A stretch of 64,000 nt of DNA from Lingula anatina (taxonomy: Eukaryota; Animalia; Brachiopoda): assembly GCA_051362555.1 (NCBI GenBank), contig CM120642.1, forward strand, positions 10,230,001-10,294,000, written 5' to 3'. Every line of letters starts with the position of its first letter. The stretch's first letter is position 1. This document shows positions 61,801-64,000 of this stretch, in pieces. The notes under the pieces were generated by a model. The model saw only the letters and a program-made list of their open reading frames with translations, did no database searches and had not been told where the DNA came from. Both the position numbers and the translations under genes were made by a program.

Positions 61801-62461
61801 TTGGGATCGTTGCTGCTGCTGTGGTAGTTGTTGTTGTTGTGATTGCTGTAACTGTCATTCTGTTAAGGTAAATTCTAAGAGATGAATTAATAATCATTTT
61901 GAAAGTTGGATACTCAATCTTCATCATGATGTGTTTATTACTATTCCTGAAAATATTGTGTTGATTTTGTAAGATGCCACAATTTGTTAAAGTCAAATAC
62001 GATTGATACTGTTACTGTACAAGATGCTGACTATTTGAATTTATTTTACAAGGCGAAACAGAGGGGCTCCCGAATCGCAATCTCGTCCAGCTCCCAACAT
62101 GGCCACACACCCGTCATCTGAAAAACTAAAAATGAATAGCAGAGACAACAGCACCCGGAGCAGCAACGCTTACTCCCCGCCACCATTCACGCGGCAGAAA
62201 ACATCCGACACGCTTTATGAAGAGATTCCCTATGACAATCCAGGATTTGAAGGGGAGGGCGCCAAAGCACCGGCACCGCCCCCCAGACCCATCTCCACAA
62301 TGGCACCTACACCTGGGGTGTATGCTGGGGAGTACATAGATATGACAACAGGGGCGAAGCAGCCCTCTGAAAATGCATACATGGGTTTAGTTGGACCCCA
62401 TTCAACTGCTGAATATTCTGGAGGTACAGGAAGTGAATACTATCTTACTCCAAATCCGTAG
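58873..62461 (+). CDS. Type I membrane receptor: signal peptide, SUEL/Gal-lectin-like domain, CUB-like domain, Ser/Gly linker, TM, Tyr-motif tail (exons 58873-59002, 59912-60208, 60466-60810, 61274-61507, 61792-61867, 62053-62461)
   Basis: MNGMYGLLQCVLLCVLKVVILLGESTG. LACPVDQAIQVLNVRY...C...C...ECDWLDMC...ITFRC (SUEL-like). YLASIDFPYP...CVCEF (CUB-like). GS repeats. TM MIVGIVAAAVVVVVVVIAVTVILL followed by RRNR. All six exons join in frame through GT-AG introns (phases 1,1,1,1,2). Confidence 0.85.
59692..59785. mobile_element. ~95-bp palindromic MITE ((G/C)CCAG ends) in receptor intron 1
   Basis: gccagtaaacacataacgtttcataacgttgccat pairs with atggcaacgttatagaaacgaccgtgttttctggg. Confidence 0.55.
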
Positions 62462-63037
62462 AAATCATTTGTATCGAAGAGAGGAGAAAAATTGGACCAA
62501 AAGGACAGAAACATTTAGTGATTTTGTTAAAAGCGGAACTGGACCGATTGTGATGTAGTCAGAAATGCATTTTGCATTTTTTTTCGGGAGGGGGGGGGGG
62601 TGAATGGAAATTTTGCAATTAAGCCCAGGAAACTTTTTGTTAATGTTCCCATGCTCGTAAGTCCCCACTCTGTGGATTGAGCATTTCCTCTAAGAAAAAA
62701 AAAAACCGAGCGGTCCTGAAATTTAGATGCTAAGCCCTATTAATATTAAACGTTATAAAAAATTCCCTGAACACAGAGTCGCCGCTCGTTACCCAACCTA
62801 TCAATTTTGTCTGGTCAAGGGGTACACTTAGGGGGCATGCGCGTTTAGTGCAATTACCTTACACAAGAGTTGTTTTCACAAATAAATATGCACTATAGGG
62901 CTAGTGCATTCTTTTTGTTTCCGATTTGTTCGTGGTTGATATCTATCAGTGCTTCTGAGCAAGTAATAATAAAAGCAACACGTTTTTGTGATTTGAAATA
63001 AAGAGAGATATCTGAAAAAAGCTTCGTAAAAGAAAAT

Positions 63038-63069
<32 letters not shown>

Positions 63070-63310
63070 TTCAATAATGTTTATCTATGGAATTGAGGAG
63101 AGGCATAAACAGAAAATGAAGGTCAAATATTAACTGTAAGCAACTGGTTAGGGATCATATTTTGTGACCAAATTTAAGGTTGCACACTAGGCCACGACAT
63201 CATTTTATTTAAAATGATAGACTGTAATAATGGTTTGCATGAATGCACACTGCCAGGACATGTTCTTGTACAGAAGAGCCTACACCAGTACCTCTACATT
63301 GCAGATGTAC

Positions 63311-63385
63311 TGTGCAGCATATAGTCATTTGTGTGCAGCATATAGTCAGCACTGTCATTTGTGTGCAGCATATAGTCATTTGTGT
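63311..63385. repeat. Short tandem repeat tgtgcagcatatagtca x3
   Basis: Directly visible. Confidence 0.8.
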
Positions 63386-64000
63386 TATTGTCCAAATAAC
63401 ACTAGTCTTTTAATAATTTCATTCATTTATTTACTATTCAGTAAAGGTTGACTCATAAAAATGACTTGTGAATACCAATGTTTACAACACCGATTTACTT
63501 TTTAAAATATCATATAACATATTTATTTCTTTTATTACATCATTGCATATTTATATTTCACAATTATTAACTGTACTGTAATATTTTGCCAGTATCCCCT
63601 TCAGCATTCCAGAGTATTCTAAATGTATGAAACTTCCTGCTTAGCGATCCGATTTACGGACCAGCTTACTAGTCTAATGGGTTTTTTTAAAATTCATAAA
63701 AGACATTCTCTGACAGGTTACATAGTGGAAGAACTCTGTCTATATAATGACACATAAATATGCTATTGTGAGGAATCACAAATAAAAGTTCTTTGTACAG
63801 TCAACTCTCTTCTTCCTGTTTCATTTAGTCTTAAGCCAAGGTGTGAACTGTGAAACCTCTTTCATATCTGCTCCATTTATAAGTAACTACATGACAAACA
63901 CAACAATACAGCATTATATCTGCAACACTAACCAACAATACAAAAATATTCATGTACTTACAATGAACCATTGGATATTATATAGATGACAAATATATCA

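Overview
AT-rich, intron-containing eukaryotic DNA from an invertebrate, probably a lophotrochozoan such as a mollusc (inferred from gene content only). Genes assembled by hand from GT-AG exons: (i) two exons of a somatomedin-B-domain, Mth/adhesion-GPCR-type ectodomain gene (minus, running off the left edge); (ii) a tandem triplet of globular C1q-domain genes, in which the middle copy has a disabled first exon but an intact, mosaic second exon; (iii) a complete 3-exon Prrx paired-like homeobox gene (minus, 21428-43256) with an 18-kb first intron; (iv) a 5-exon secreted PAN/Apple + F5/8C discoidin gene; (v) a 6-exon type I receptor with SUEL-lectin-like and CUB-like domains, a TM helix and a tyrosine-motif tail. 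There are many non-autonomous DNA transposons, some nested four deep, a tRNA-derived SINE head and a 35-36-bp minisatellite. The most unusual item is a 2.6-kb Tc1 (DD34E) transposon in Prrx intron 1, with perfect 25-bp TIRs and TA target duplication. It carries an intron-containing, internally deleted transposase and a divergently oriented BEN-domain ORF inside its TIRs. All domain calls come from motif recognition by eye; no searches were run.
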